A stretch of 42,865 bases of DNA, from the IMG/VR virus record IMGVR_UViG_3300031605_000006, positions 1-42,865 of that record; one strand, given 5' to 3'. Below are positions 1 to 6,553 of this stretch, one piece after another. The translations under genes were made by a program, and so were the position numbers. Numbering within the stretch: position 1 is the stretch's first letter; each line of letters starts with the position of its first letter. Source of the DNA: a virus (taxonomy: Duplodnaviria; Caudoviricetes). Below the pieces are notes generated by a model that was not told the DNA's origin, ran no database searches, and saw nothing but the letters and a program-made list of their open reading frames with translations.

Positions 1-127
1 GAGTCCCCGCAATCCTTGTGGTCCCGACTTGTTGGAGTTGGCCAGAATCCAGACTCTATCCCGTCTGTGGGGGGCGTTGACGGCACAAGCTGGAAGTACA
101 ATCGCCCCTGCGGTGTACCCATCGGTC
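1..127. repeat. Terminal direct repeat, left copy (identical to 42739-42865); indicates a circular contig
   Basis: Exact 127-nt identity with the end of the window; 127 is a common assembler k-mer, and an ORF reads through the junction. Confidence 0.95.
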
Positions 128-518
128 TCCAACTCAGAAAGCACTTGGTCGAGTGCCATGTGGATGATTCCAACAACATTCTCTGCCAAGATGAAATCCG
201 GTCTGGCCCCGTTAATAACCCTCCGCATTTCTGGCCAGAGGAAGCGGTCATCATCGGTCCCCTTTCTCCGTTTGCCGTTTGCGTGAGAAAAGGGTTGGCA
301 GGGGAATCCTCCTGTGAGCAGTGAAGCTCCCCGGTATTCGCTGGGGTCAAAGTCTCTGATGTCTCCGATGACAGGGACATCTGACCAGTGTCGCCCAAGT
401 ATCTTCTGGCAATACTTATCTTTTTCGCAGAAGGCAACTGTTCTCCATCCAACTGCTTCTGCGGCAAGGGAGAATCCCCCAATTCCGCTGAAGAGATCAA
501 TGTGAGTTGGTCGTGCAT
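1..518 (-). CDS. Alternate-frame (+1) partner polypeptide of the methyltransferase, N-terminal part; continues to 42561
   Basis: Frame is stop-free from ATG at 518 through the join into ORF 42561-42860; true start uncertain. Confidence 0.55.
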   Translation of the reverse strand, partial: MHDQLTLISSAELGDSPLPQKQLDGEQLPSAKKISIARRYLGDTGQMSLSSETSETLTPANTGELHCSQEDSPANPFLTQTANGERGPMMTASSGQKCGGLLTGPDRISSWQRMLLESSTWHSTKCFLSWRPMGTPQGRLYFQLVPSTPPTDGIESGFWPTPTSRDHKDCGD

Positions 519-525
519 CTTTCAA
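1..525 (-). CDS. DNA (cytosine-5) methyltransferase, N-terminal part; continues across the origin to 42535
   Basis: Manual translation from TTG at 525: THIDLFSGIGGFSLA (motif I), GGFPCQPFS (motif IV), ENVVG (motif VI), HRRDRVWI (motif VIII). Missed by the ORF track because it spans the contig join. Confidence 0.92.
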   Translation of the reverse strand, partial: MKDARPTHIDLFSGIGGFSLAAEAVGWRTVAFCEKDKYCQKILGRHWSDVPVIGDIRDFDPSEYRGASLLTGGFPCQPFSHANGKRRKGTDDDRFLWPEMRRVINGARPDFILAENVVGIIHMALDQVLSELETDGYTAGAIVLPACAVNAPHRRDRVWILANSNKSGPQGLRGL

Positions 526-809
526 AGGTGTACCCGTAAGAACCGCAAGAACCCCTTCAGTTCTGCCTTCTCGTACTTACTGGATTTAACCCGTTCTGAA
601 ACAACCTTGACCCCATAATAAACCGCCGTCCGGTCAAGTCCCCAATACCTCGCAATGTCAGACTTCTTATATCCTGCATCACTTGCAACCCATTGGCAGG
701 TGTGTCGGGGCTTGGTATATGCCGCCTCCCTGCAAGGACTCTTGAGTTTCCTAAATGGAACCTCATAATATTCAGCGGCAGCTTTTGCCAACTTGTCTAA
801 CTTTCCCAT
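522..809 (-). CDS. DnaA C-terminal (domain IV)-like HTH DNA-binding protein
   Basis: AAEYYEVPFRKLKSPCR...PRH...IARYWGLDRTAVYYGVKVV resembles the Bac_DnaA_C pattern. Confidence 0.7.
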   Translation of the reverse strand: MGKLDKLAKAAAEYYEVPFRKLKSPCREAAYTKPRHTCQWVASDAGYKKSDIARYWGLDRTAVYYGVKVVSERVKSSKYEKAELKGFLRFLRVHL

Positions 810-823
810 TGCTTCTGTAAATT

Positions 824-902
824 AAAAAAGGAATGGCACTGGCGGGGGTCCAGCCGCCTCCCAAACAACCATGAACACATACCCGTTGTTTCGTGCCATT
901 CC
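824..902 (-). ncRNA. Putative structured small RNA (three-way junction ending in a U-tract)
   Basis: Perfect 10-bp outer stem 830-839/893-902 enclosing hairpins 841-858 and 863-891; A6 at 824-829 reads U6 on the minus strand. Confidence 0.5.
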
Positions 903-964
903 CAAAATTAAGACTCCCCCTGCCGCATCAAACCTTCGCAGGGGAGGGACAAGGGGAGTCACCA

Positions 965-1153
965 TCAAGAGGAGGAGGTTGGAGTTGCGGTTTCCAGTTC
1001 CCTCACCCTCTTTGAGAGCAAGCCAACCACAATTGACTGCTCATCTACCCTGTCTTGTAGACAGGAAACTTCTCCTAAAGCATCTTTCAGCTTTGCCCTT
1101 AATTCCTCTTTGCTTTCAGTCGTCATTTTTTTATTGCAGTATTCCTTGCTCAT
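965..1153 (-). CDS. Small coiled-coil hypothetical protein
   Basis: Co-oriented with neighbours; heptad-like sequence. Confidence 0.55.
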   Translation of the reverse strand: MSKEYCNKKMTTESKEELRAKLKDALGEVSCLQDRVDEQSIVVGLLSKRVRELETATPTSSS

Positions 1154-1298
1154 TTTTTACCTACCAAATTCTCCCCCGATGTGCCGTATGTCGCCCAGCC
1201 ACCGGGGGAAGGTCTCCCGGCTACACGCCGGGGACATGGGGTTAGAACCAGTTGGTTAGGGGAACCTCCCATGCTGTTATTGACCAAAGTTAGCCCCA

Positions 1299-1625
1299 TC
1301 ACTTAAACATCTGGATTCCAGTTTCCCTGCCGACCTCCCCGACCATTTCACGAATCTTCTTGTCGTTCTCGCATCTCTCCTTCAATACGCGAATCCCATA
1401 GGAGACCGTGGCGTGGGTTCTGTTGAAAATAGCCGCAGTCTCAGTGAAAGACCGCACTTCCCTCTGGATCAGCGCATACATCAAATGTCGCGCCCAAGCT
1501 GTCCGCTGCGGCCCTCTGGTCTCCCAAAACAGTTCCTCTGGTCGAACCATGAAAACCCTGCAAACAACACTGATCCAGTTATCAAACTTCTTACCGTATT
1601 TCTTTGGTATTCTTGTACTCCCCAT
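1299..1625 (-). CDS. Second DnaA domain IV-like HTH protein
   Basis: VVCRVFMVRPEEL...ARHLMYALIQR...TAAIFNRTHATVSYGIRVL matches the DnaA R-D-H-T-T-V-like signature. Confidence 0.75.
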   Translation of the reverse strand: MGSTRIPKKYGKKFDNWISVVCRVFMVRPEELFWETRGPQRTAWARHLMYALIQREVRSFTETAAIFNRTHATVSYGIRVLKERCENDKKIREMVGEVGRETGIQMFK

Positions 1626-1855
1626 TAGAATACCTCCTTCTCGGTTTGGACCATTTGCTTCGTCTTCTCACAACGGCAAGTTGCCTTGTCCTTGCAATAT
1701 CTCCGTATTGCTATTGACCCAGACATCTCCATGTCGGCATAGACCGTATCTTTCAGTTCCTTTATTACCCTTGGGTTTTTATCCCCAAGCTCCTTCAGGT
1801 CTTTCCGAATCTCTTTAGCGAGCTTCTGATCATCTATAAAGTTGCGTATCCACAT
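1625..1855 (-). CDS. Hypothetical protein
   Basis: Preceded by AAGAAAGGAACTAAA; stop overlaps the next start. Confidence 0.7.
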   Translation of the reverse strand: MWIRNFIDDQKLAKEIRKDLKELGDKNPRVIKELKDTVYADMEMSGSIAIRRYCKDKATCRCEKTKQMVQTEKEVF

Positions 1856-1881
1856 TTTAGTTCCTTTCTTTGGTTAAAACT

Positions 1882-2082
1882 TCATTTAGTTTGTTTTGCC
1901 GTGTGAGTGGTCACTCGCTGCTCGATCCTCGGTGCGTTGGGGTAAAGCGTCCCCAGACACTTAACCAAGCAATCCTCAATAACCTTCGTGCAAGTCACCT
2001 TCCTCCTCTTGCTCTCCTCATCCAACATATTGGATGCCCACCAGTTAAACCTAAACGTCCTTACTCTGTCTTTGCTGCGCAC
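1882..2082 (-). CDS. Ribbon-helix-helix (Arc/CopG-like) regulator, first gene of the leftward operon
   Basis: VRTFRF beta-strand then two helices (NMLDEESKRRKVTCTKVIEDCL); GTG start just after the predicted -10, so probably leaderless. Confidence 0.6.
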   Translation of the reverse strand: MRSKDRVRTFRFNWWASNMLDEESKRRKVTCTKVIEDCLVKCLGTLYPNAPRIEQRVTTHTAKQTK

Positions 2083-2089
2083 GAACGAC

Positions 2090-2134
2090 AGTATTCAGGA
2101 CAACGTAATACTTTGCAATACCTAAACGTAATAT
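2090..2134 (-). promoter_or_regulatory. Leftward sigma70-like promoter with operator
   Basis: -35 TTGCAA (2113-2118), 17-bp spacer, -10 AATACT (2090-2095); GTATTACG at 2104-2111 and ATATTACG at 2127-2134 (minus-strand reading). Confidence 0.6.
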
Positions 2135-2197
2135 AATCAGTTACTTGTGAATAAGTGCTTCCTTATTACCATATTGTAATGCAAACCTCCTCCCGCC

Positions 2198-2467
2198 ATG
2201 AGTGATACCAAGCAAACCATGTCCTTCCGCATTAGCTCGCCCCTCATCGCTATGCTCAAGGATGCCGCACACCGTAACAACGTCACGGTCTCCTCCTACA
2301 TCGAGGCAGCTATCAAGCAACAAATCGGGAGCATCGTGGATCAAGTCAAAGACTCAGAACGCAAACCAACCATCCTCAAGTTCCAAGGTGGCTCAATCAC
2401 CCTGCCGCACACCATCAAAGTCCCCCACACCGGACTCCTTATCCTCGACCCCCAGCTGGGCAAGTAA
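2198..2467 (+). CDS. Ribbon-helix-helix protein, candidate prophage repressor
   Basis: KQTMSFRISSPLIAMLKDAAHRNNVTVSSYIEAAI is a typical RHH pattern; divergent from 1882-2082. Confidence 0.7.
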   Translation: MSDTKQTMSFRISSPLIAMLKDAAHRNNVTVSSYIEAAIKQQIGSIVDQVKDSERKPTILKFQGGSITLPHTIKVPHTGLLILDPQLGK

Positions 2468-2629
2468 ACATTGCCGCACCACCTCCTCCACACTCCAACC
2501 CAGGTGGAAGGCATAGTCATCCACTATTTCCGCAAGCCCCTCATCCATCTTTAGCCGCACCTCCCGCATGAACCGCACAGCATAAAACATCCACTCCTGC
2601 ATGTACCCCAAAAAATAAAACCACTTCAT
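2393..2629 (-). CDS. Third RHH-like protein (start probably at MREVRL)
   Basis: MREVRLKMDEGLAEIVDDYAFHLGWSVEEVVRQCL; its 3' end overlaps 2198-2467 in antisense. Confidence 0.45.
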   Translation of the reverse strand: MKWFYFLGYMQEWMFYAVRFMREVRLKMDEGLAEIVDDYAFHLGWSVEEVVRQCLLAQLGVEDKESGVGDFDGVRQGD

Positions 2630-2642
2630 CTCTTGAAATGAC

Positions 2643-2672
2643 TTGACGGGGCCAAAAAGAGGTCATTAAAAT
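2643..2672 (+). promoter_or_regulatory. Sigma70-like promoter with no ORF downstream
   Basis: TTGACG (2643-2648), 18-bp spacer, TAAAAT (2667-2672). Confidence 0.5.
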
Positions 2673-2758
2673 TGCGGCATCGCCGCACACTAATTAGTCT
2701 AATTAGACCCAATAAGCCGCCCCGGTCCCTCCGGGAAGGAGGGGCGGCAATCGAGTGG

Positions 2759-2806
2759 CACTCAATACCACTCAATACCACTTAATATACTTAATATACT
2801 TAATAT
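2759..2806. repeat. AT-rich tandem repeats
   Basis: CACTCAATAC twice, CACTTAATAT once, ACTTAATAT twice. Confidence 0.85.
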
Positions 2807-2844
2807 GCAGTTTACCCAATTAACCACCTAATCTGCATGAATCC

Positions 2845-2873
2845 TTGACCTTATGCCGTTTCTACGCTAGTTT
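2845..2873 (+). promoter_or_regulatory. Promoter of the candidate antisense sRNA
   Basis: TTGACC (2845-2850), 17-bp spacer, TAGTTT (2868-2873). Confidence 0.6.
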
Positions 2874-2880
2874 TAATCCC

Positions 2881-2962
2881 AGCGTGAGAGTTTCCATGAT
2901 CACGCTTTAGTTCCTGCCCATCCCCTTCTGGTTAGTTCCCTTTAGGGGGTGGGCATCTTTCT
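2881..2962 (+). ncRNA. Candidate trans-acting antisense sRNA with two hairpins
   Basis: Stem 2881-2887/2900-2906 and 12-bp stem 2915-2926/2944-2955 followed by TCTTTCT; unpaired GTTTCCATG and TTTAGTTCCT are reverse complements of early-gene start regions. Confidence 0.65.
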
Positions 2963-3148
2963 GCCCTAATCCCCTAAAACCTCCTCACATCGCATCCTCA
3001 TGTCCCTGCGGCACACCGTAGGTATGTGGCGAGGTGTGGGGGGACCGTTAGTTGCAAAATTTCACGGGGGGTTGGATCGATAACAATATCCAACCCCAAG
3101 GCAAAAGCTCGACCCCCCCCGCCCCCCCTCAGACCGACTGCCAATGAA

Positions 3149-3598
3149 TCACCCAGTTTCTGCGGGTTCCGGTAGCAATTGGGGGCTGTGTGGGGCTGCG
3201 GTAGTCGGGAGGGTAGTCGGGAGGTCTATTGCGCTGGCTAGTTGCTCGCGGAGGGCCGCAGTGTCGCTGCGGACATGCTCAACTCGTGAGGTTGCGCGAC
3301 CACTCAGCAAAAGGCGTTTATCAAGAGAGACTGCTGAGACAACCGAAAGGTCTCTTGGTTTTACGTCACCGTCAATAATCTGACCCTCAAGCTTTTCCAA
3401 TGCGAGCGCACTGATTCGCCCCAACTTAATTGCTAGCTCTCGGTCCTCATCAAAACCATCGCGGACCATCTCGTCGCGGACGCTCAATATCATTGAATCC
3501 CCGCAGCCGGTCAGCGAGGCAATTGACTTCCAAGGAATATGCTCACTTAACAAATCCCGCACTTTTTGACGTTTAACAGTATCCTTTGCCCTTGGCAT
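3149..3598 (-). CDS. Terminase small subunit-like HTH protein (start MPRAK at 3598)
   Basis: N-terminal HTH (KSIASLTGCG), helical middle and a DKRLLLSGRATSRVE tail typical of phage TerS-like proteins. Confidence 0.55.
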   Translation of the reverse strand: MPRAKDTVKRQKVRDLLSEHIPWKSIASLTGCGDSMILSVRDEMVRDGFDEDRELAIKLGRISALALEKLEGQIIDGDVKPRDLSVVSAVSLDKRLLLSGRATSRVEHVRSDTAALREQLASAIDLPTTLPTTAAPHSPQLLPEPAETG

Positions 3599-3613
3599 GA
3601 TTTGATTCTTAAA

Positions 3614-3661
3614 CCACAATATCTAGTGGTTGCCCACCAGGCGTCCTACCACATCTTGTGG
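3614..3661. promoter_or_regulatory. Tandem NrdR-box-like palindromes
   Basis: CCACAATATCTAGTGG (3614-3629) and CTACCACATCTTGTGG (3646-3661), 32 bp start to start; NrdR consensus is acaCwAtATaTwGtgt. Confidence 0.65.
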
Positions 3662-3743
3662 ATTGAACGCTTGGCATGTTTGCCCTTGCGAACCTTGCCA
3701 ACTGGTAACACAAAAAAAAAGACAGTTTTAGACAATTAAACGC

Positions 3744-3772
3744 TTGCTATCGTATTACGCTCACGCAATATT
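3744..3772 (+). promoter_or_regulatory. Early operon promoter with operator
   Basis: TTGCTA (3744-3749), 17-bp spacer, AATATT (3767-3772); spacer holds GTATTACG (3752-3759), as in the 2090-2118 promoter. Confidence 0.6.
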
Positions 3773-3818
3773 CGCCCCGTTGGCCGTCTACTGGTCAATT
3801 CAATAGGAACTAATAAAC

Positions 3819-4166
3819 ATGGAAACCAAAACATTAAACGTTGGAACCAACCGGGGCAAACGCCGCGTGTGGGTTGAAGGTAAAGCACTTGAGCGCCTCG
3901 GATGGGTCAAGGGCGTAACATACACGCGCAAAGAGTTGCTGCTTCAAAGCGGGTTCACTCTTACGCGGGATAATGGCGGTAGCTTAAAGGTTGCCGGGGG
4001 TGAAGGTCGCCCAGTGTTAGACCTCTGCGGGAATTACGTTGCCGCAGCCCTTGAGGGGTTTGAAAAGGTGACGGTCACAATCACCACGAACAAGATCACC
4101 ATAACCGGCAAAGCTGCGGCACTGTTGCTCCCGGTATTGCTCAAGGCATTGGAGGTGGCAGCGTGA
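3819..4166 (+). CDS. Early hypothetical protein, possibly AbrB/SymE-like beta fold
   Basis: AGGAAC RBS; RVWVEGKALERLGW motif. Confidence 0.7.
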   Translation: METKTLNVGTNRGKRRVWVEGKALERLGWVKGVTYTRKELLLQSGFTLTRDNGGSLKVAGGEGRPVLDLCGNYVAAALEGFEKVTVTITTNKITITGKAAALLLPVLLKALEVAA

Positions 4167-4507
4167 ACACGTTCAACCCCGCAACCTACAAATACACGCC
4201 GCAGCTAATCCCCAAAAGGTCTCTCTCCGGGGAGTCTCATTATATTGGGGTGCATTGGGACCAATCAAGCCACGTTTACCGGGGCGAGTTAATAGGAACG
4301 CGGCGCAACGACTACGGGCAGTCTTTTGGGACAGTCTTGGCAAGGGGCGAAGGTTCGACCCCTCAAAAAGCGGCAAGCCGAACCATTGGCGACCTTGACA
4401 GGCAAGCGAGGCAAGCGGCGTTTGACAGAACAGACGCAAAAAAAGCAAAGGAACTAGTCGCGAGTGAGTACGTTCTCACATTGAAAAGAGCGGGGGGGAA
4501 AGCATGA
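4163..4507 (+). CDS. Early hypothetical protein
   Basis: GGAGG RBS; GTGA overlap with the upstream stop. Confidence 0.7.
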   Translation: MNTFNPATYKYTPQLIPKRSLSGESHYIGVHWDQSSHVYRGELIGTRRNDYGQSFGTVLARGEGSTPQKAASRTIGDLDRQARQAAFDRTDAKKAKELVASEYVLTLKRAGGKA

Positions 4508-4698
4508 GCTACCGCATTGTCCGCAGTTACCAAGACCCAAACAAGCGAAGCCGCACGATTGAAGCAAGGGTGACGCTTGAAGAGGCAAGGGCGCACTGTA
4601 GTGACCCAGAAACAAGCTCCCGCACTTGCACCAAACCGTATCCGCAAAGCTTGACCAAAAAGCACGGTCCTTGGTTTGACGGTTACGATGAAAACTGA
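4504..4698 (+). CDS. Small early phage protein
   Basis: ATGA coupling; TLEEARAHCSDPETSS...PWFDGY. Confidence 0.7.
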   Translation: MSYRIVRSYQDPNKRSRTIEARVTLEEARAHCSDPETSSRTCTKPYPQSLTKKHGPWFDGYDEN

Positions 4699-4701
4699 GC
4701 T

Positions 4702-5190
4702 ATGAAAACACAAAACAACATCAGCAAAAGGGAAGCAAGCAAGCGACACAAAACGCGGCACTTGGACGCTTTGGCTTTGCTTTGGCATTGTCACGTTGAA
4801 TGGGGCAAACCGCCCGGCTGGGTTGCGGAGTTCAAGCCAACCGTGACCAAGGGAAGCCCCGCAGCAATGGAGGCAATAGGCGATTGGTTACACCGCAAAC
4901 TTGGATTGCTTGAGCGTAGGGCACACAGGGCGGCAACCAACCTTTGCAACGTCCCAGACTACCAAGCCAAGTGCGACCGGATACTTGAAAAGGTAGCGGG
5001 GGAAGTACGGACCCTTTTCGGGGGCAACCTCCCCGCAGGGTTCATAATCAACCGTGACCCCCGTGGCTACGCCTTAAAGCTTGAGGCGGGACCACTGCGG
5101 AGGCATGCGGCGTCCTCAAGGTCCTCGCTTAACAACCTCCACCGTGATTGGGGCGGAGATTTCATTCTTGCACCTTCAAACTTTAATTGA
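4702..5190 (+). CDS. Early hypothetical protein
   Basis: Operon spacing; INRDPRGYALKL...HRDWGG motif. Confidence 0.75.
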   Translation: MKTQNNISKREASKRHKTRHLDALALLWHCHVEWGKPPGWVAEFKPTVTKGSPAAMEAIGDWLHRKLGLLERRAHRAATNLCNVPDYQAKCDRILEKVAGEVRTLFGGNLPAGFIINRDPRGYALKLEAGPLRRHAASSRSSLNNLHRDWGGDFILAPSNFN

Positions 5191-5192
5191 AC

Positions 5193-5297
5193 ATGAAAAG
5201 AGATTCAATTGGTTGGCTTTTGGACCTTGCAACCTTGCTTGGCATTGTTGCCCTGCTCTTTTGGGGCGAGTGGCTTTTGCCCCTATTGCTGCCGTGA
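5193..5297 (+). CDS. 34-aa single-pass membrane peptide (not in the ORF track)
   Basis: MKRDSIGWLLDLATLLGIVALLFWGEWLLPLLLP; starts 2 nt after the upstream stop. Confidence 0.55.
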   Translation: MKRDSIGWLLDLATLLGIVALLFWGEWLLPLLLP

Positions 5298-5413
5298 CCA
5301 CTCAGCAGGAATTCACCTTGACCTTGCCAAAGCCGCGCAAGGTCCGGGCAACAGAGCGCGAAGCGCAAGTATGGTTTGCGCTACTCAAGCGCAAGCTGCA
5401 GGGGGGCAAATAG
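5294..5413 (+). CDS. 39-aa basic peptide
   Basis: GTGA coupling to the previous ORF; ends within a terminator hairpin. Confidence 0.45.
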   Translation: MTTQQEFTLTLPKPRKVRATEREAQVWFALLKRKLQGGK

Positions 5414-5424
5414 CCCCCCTTTTT
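5401..5424 (+). terminator. Intrinsic terminator inside the early region
   Basis: GGGGGGC-AAATA-GCCCCCC followed by T5. Confidence 0.7.
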
Positions 5425-5484
5425 CCCTTTCCCTTTTCAAGCTTTAAAAGGGGACAGGGGCAAAGGAACCCCCAAATAAACATC

Positions 5485-5643
5485 ATGGAAAAACCTAAAA
5501 AAAGAGAATGCGCCTGTTGTGGTTCAACAGTAAAGGAACCCTACACCGGGACCATCAGCGCGGAAGGCGTCCTTCTTTATTGTGACGAATGCGCCAACGC
5601 GATGCCATACACTTTCGGAGAACCTACCCACGAACCCAGATAA
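5485..5643 (+). CDS. Small zinc-finger protein
   Basis: MEKPKKRECACCG...YCDECAN (two CxxC motifs). Confidence 0.6.
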   Translation: MEKPKKRECACCGSTVKEPYTGTISAEGVLLYCDECANAMPYTFGEPTHEPR

Positions 5644-5821
5644 TAAACTCACCTGGCCATTGTTCAAGGGCAGAGAGTGTTTCCCTTGAATTGGCCAAAA
5701 ACAACGAATTTGCCAAAAAGCGCAAAAAACATGCCCCACACTTTCGCTCTACGGGACTTTTGAAAAGTCAGAGGGTAGAGAGTGCGGGGATATTAACCAA
5801 AAAAAAGAAAGGAACTAAAAC

Positions 5822-6250
5822 ATGGAAACGCAGAGAGTCAGAGAGTCAGAGACGCAGAGAGTCAGAGAGTTCAAGCGTGGATACATTACCGCAGCATTAT
5901 GGTCATCAGTTGACCCAGAGGAAACGCCGCTTGATGACCCAGAGAAATACGGTGAGGAAAAGCTTGCCGCAGAGACCGTGCAAAAGATGGAAAGCGATTG
6001 CGACAAGTTCATTCAACTGAATGACGATGACCTCAGAGAGTACGCCGAGAAACGGGCAATCCCAATCGGGGCAGAGTACACCGCAGACGAATGCGCGGGG
6101 CACGATTTCTGGTTAACCCGTGCCGGTCACGGTACTGGCTTTTGGGATCGGGGACTTGGGGAACTTGGGGAACGTCTGAGCAAGGCAAGCGCAAGTTTTG
6201 GCGAGTGCTGGCTTTATGTCGGCGACAACGGAAACCTTTACACTGAGTAG
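5822..6250 (+). CDS. Acidic early phage protein
   Basis: AGGAACTAAA RBS; GYITAALWSS...GHDFWLTRAGHGTGFWDRG. Confidence 0.8.
   Translation: METQRVRESETQRVREFKRGYITAALWSSVDPEETPLDDPEKYGEEKLAAETVQKMESDCDKFIQLNDDDLREYAEKRAIPIGAEYTADECAGHDFWLTRAGHGTGFWDRGLGELGERLSKASASFGECWLYVGDNGNLYTE
5831..5870 (+). repeat. Five tandem 8-bp units, consensus CAGAGAGT
   Basis: Read directly; lies within a CDS. Confidence 0.9.
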
Positions 6251-6259
6251 GAACTAAAC

Positions 6260-6553
6260 ATGAAAATTGAAACAATAAAAGACCTGAAAAAGGCACTACG
6301 AGATTATCCGGGCGGACACGCTTGGCCCGGTGGTTACCAATGTTACTTTGTAACCGATGCCGGTGAGGCACTGAGCTTTGAAACGGTGAGAGCTGAATTG
6401 AAGTTAATCATGGGGGCAGTCAGAGACCATGACCACAGTGGTTGGCAAGTGATAGGGTTGGATGTAAACTATGAAGACCCCTCACTCTTTTGCGCTCACA
6501 GTAATGAGCGCATCCCCTCGGCATACGCAGAGGATGAAAGGGACCCCAGGTGA
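6260..6553 (+). CDS. Early hypothetical protein
   Basis: AGGAACTAAA RBS; AWPGGY...VNYED...CAHSNERIPSAY. Confidence 0.8.
   Translation: MKIETIKDLKKALRDYPGGHAWPGGYQCYFVTDAGEALSFETVRAELKLIMGAVRDHDHSGWQVIGLDVNYEDPSLFCAHSNERIPSAYAEDERDPR

Noticed and set aside
16-618. Plus-strand ORFs 16-324, 29-286, 314-505 and 388-618
   Set aside because: They are antisense to the methyltransferase, which carries clear catalytic motifs
871-1245. 124-aa plus-strand ORF
   Set aside because: It runs against the operon, crosses hairpin elements and has no protein-like features
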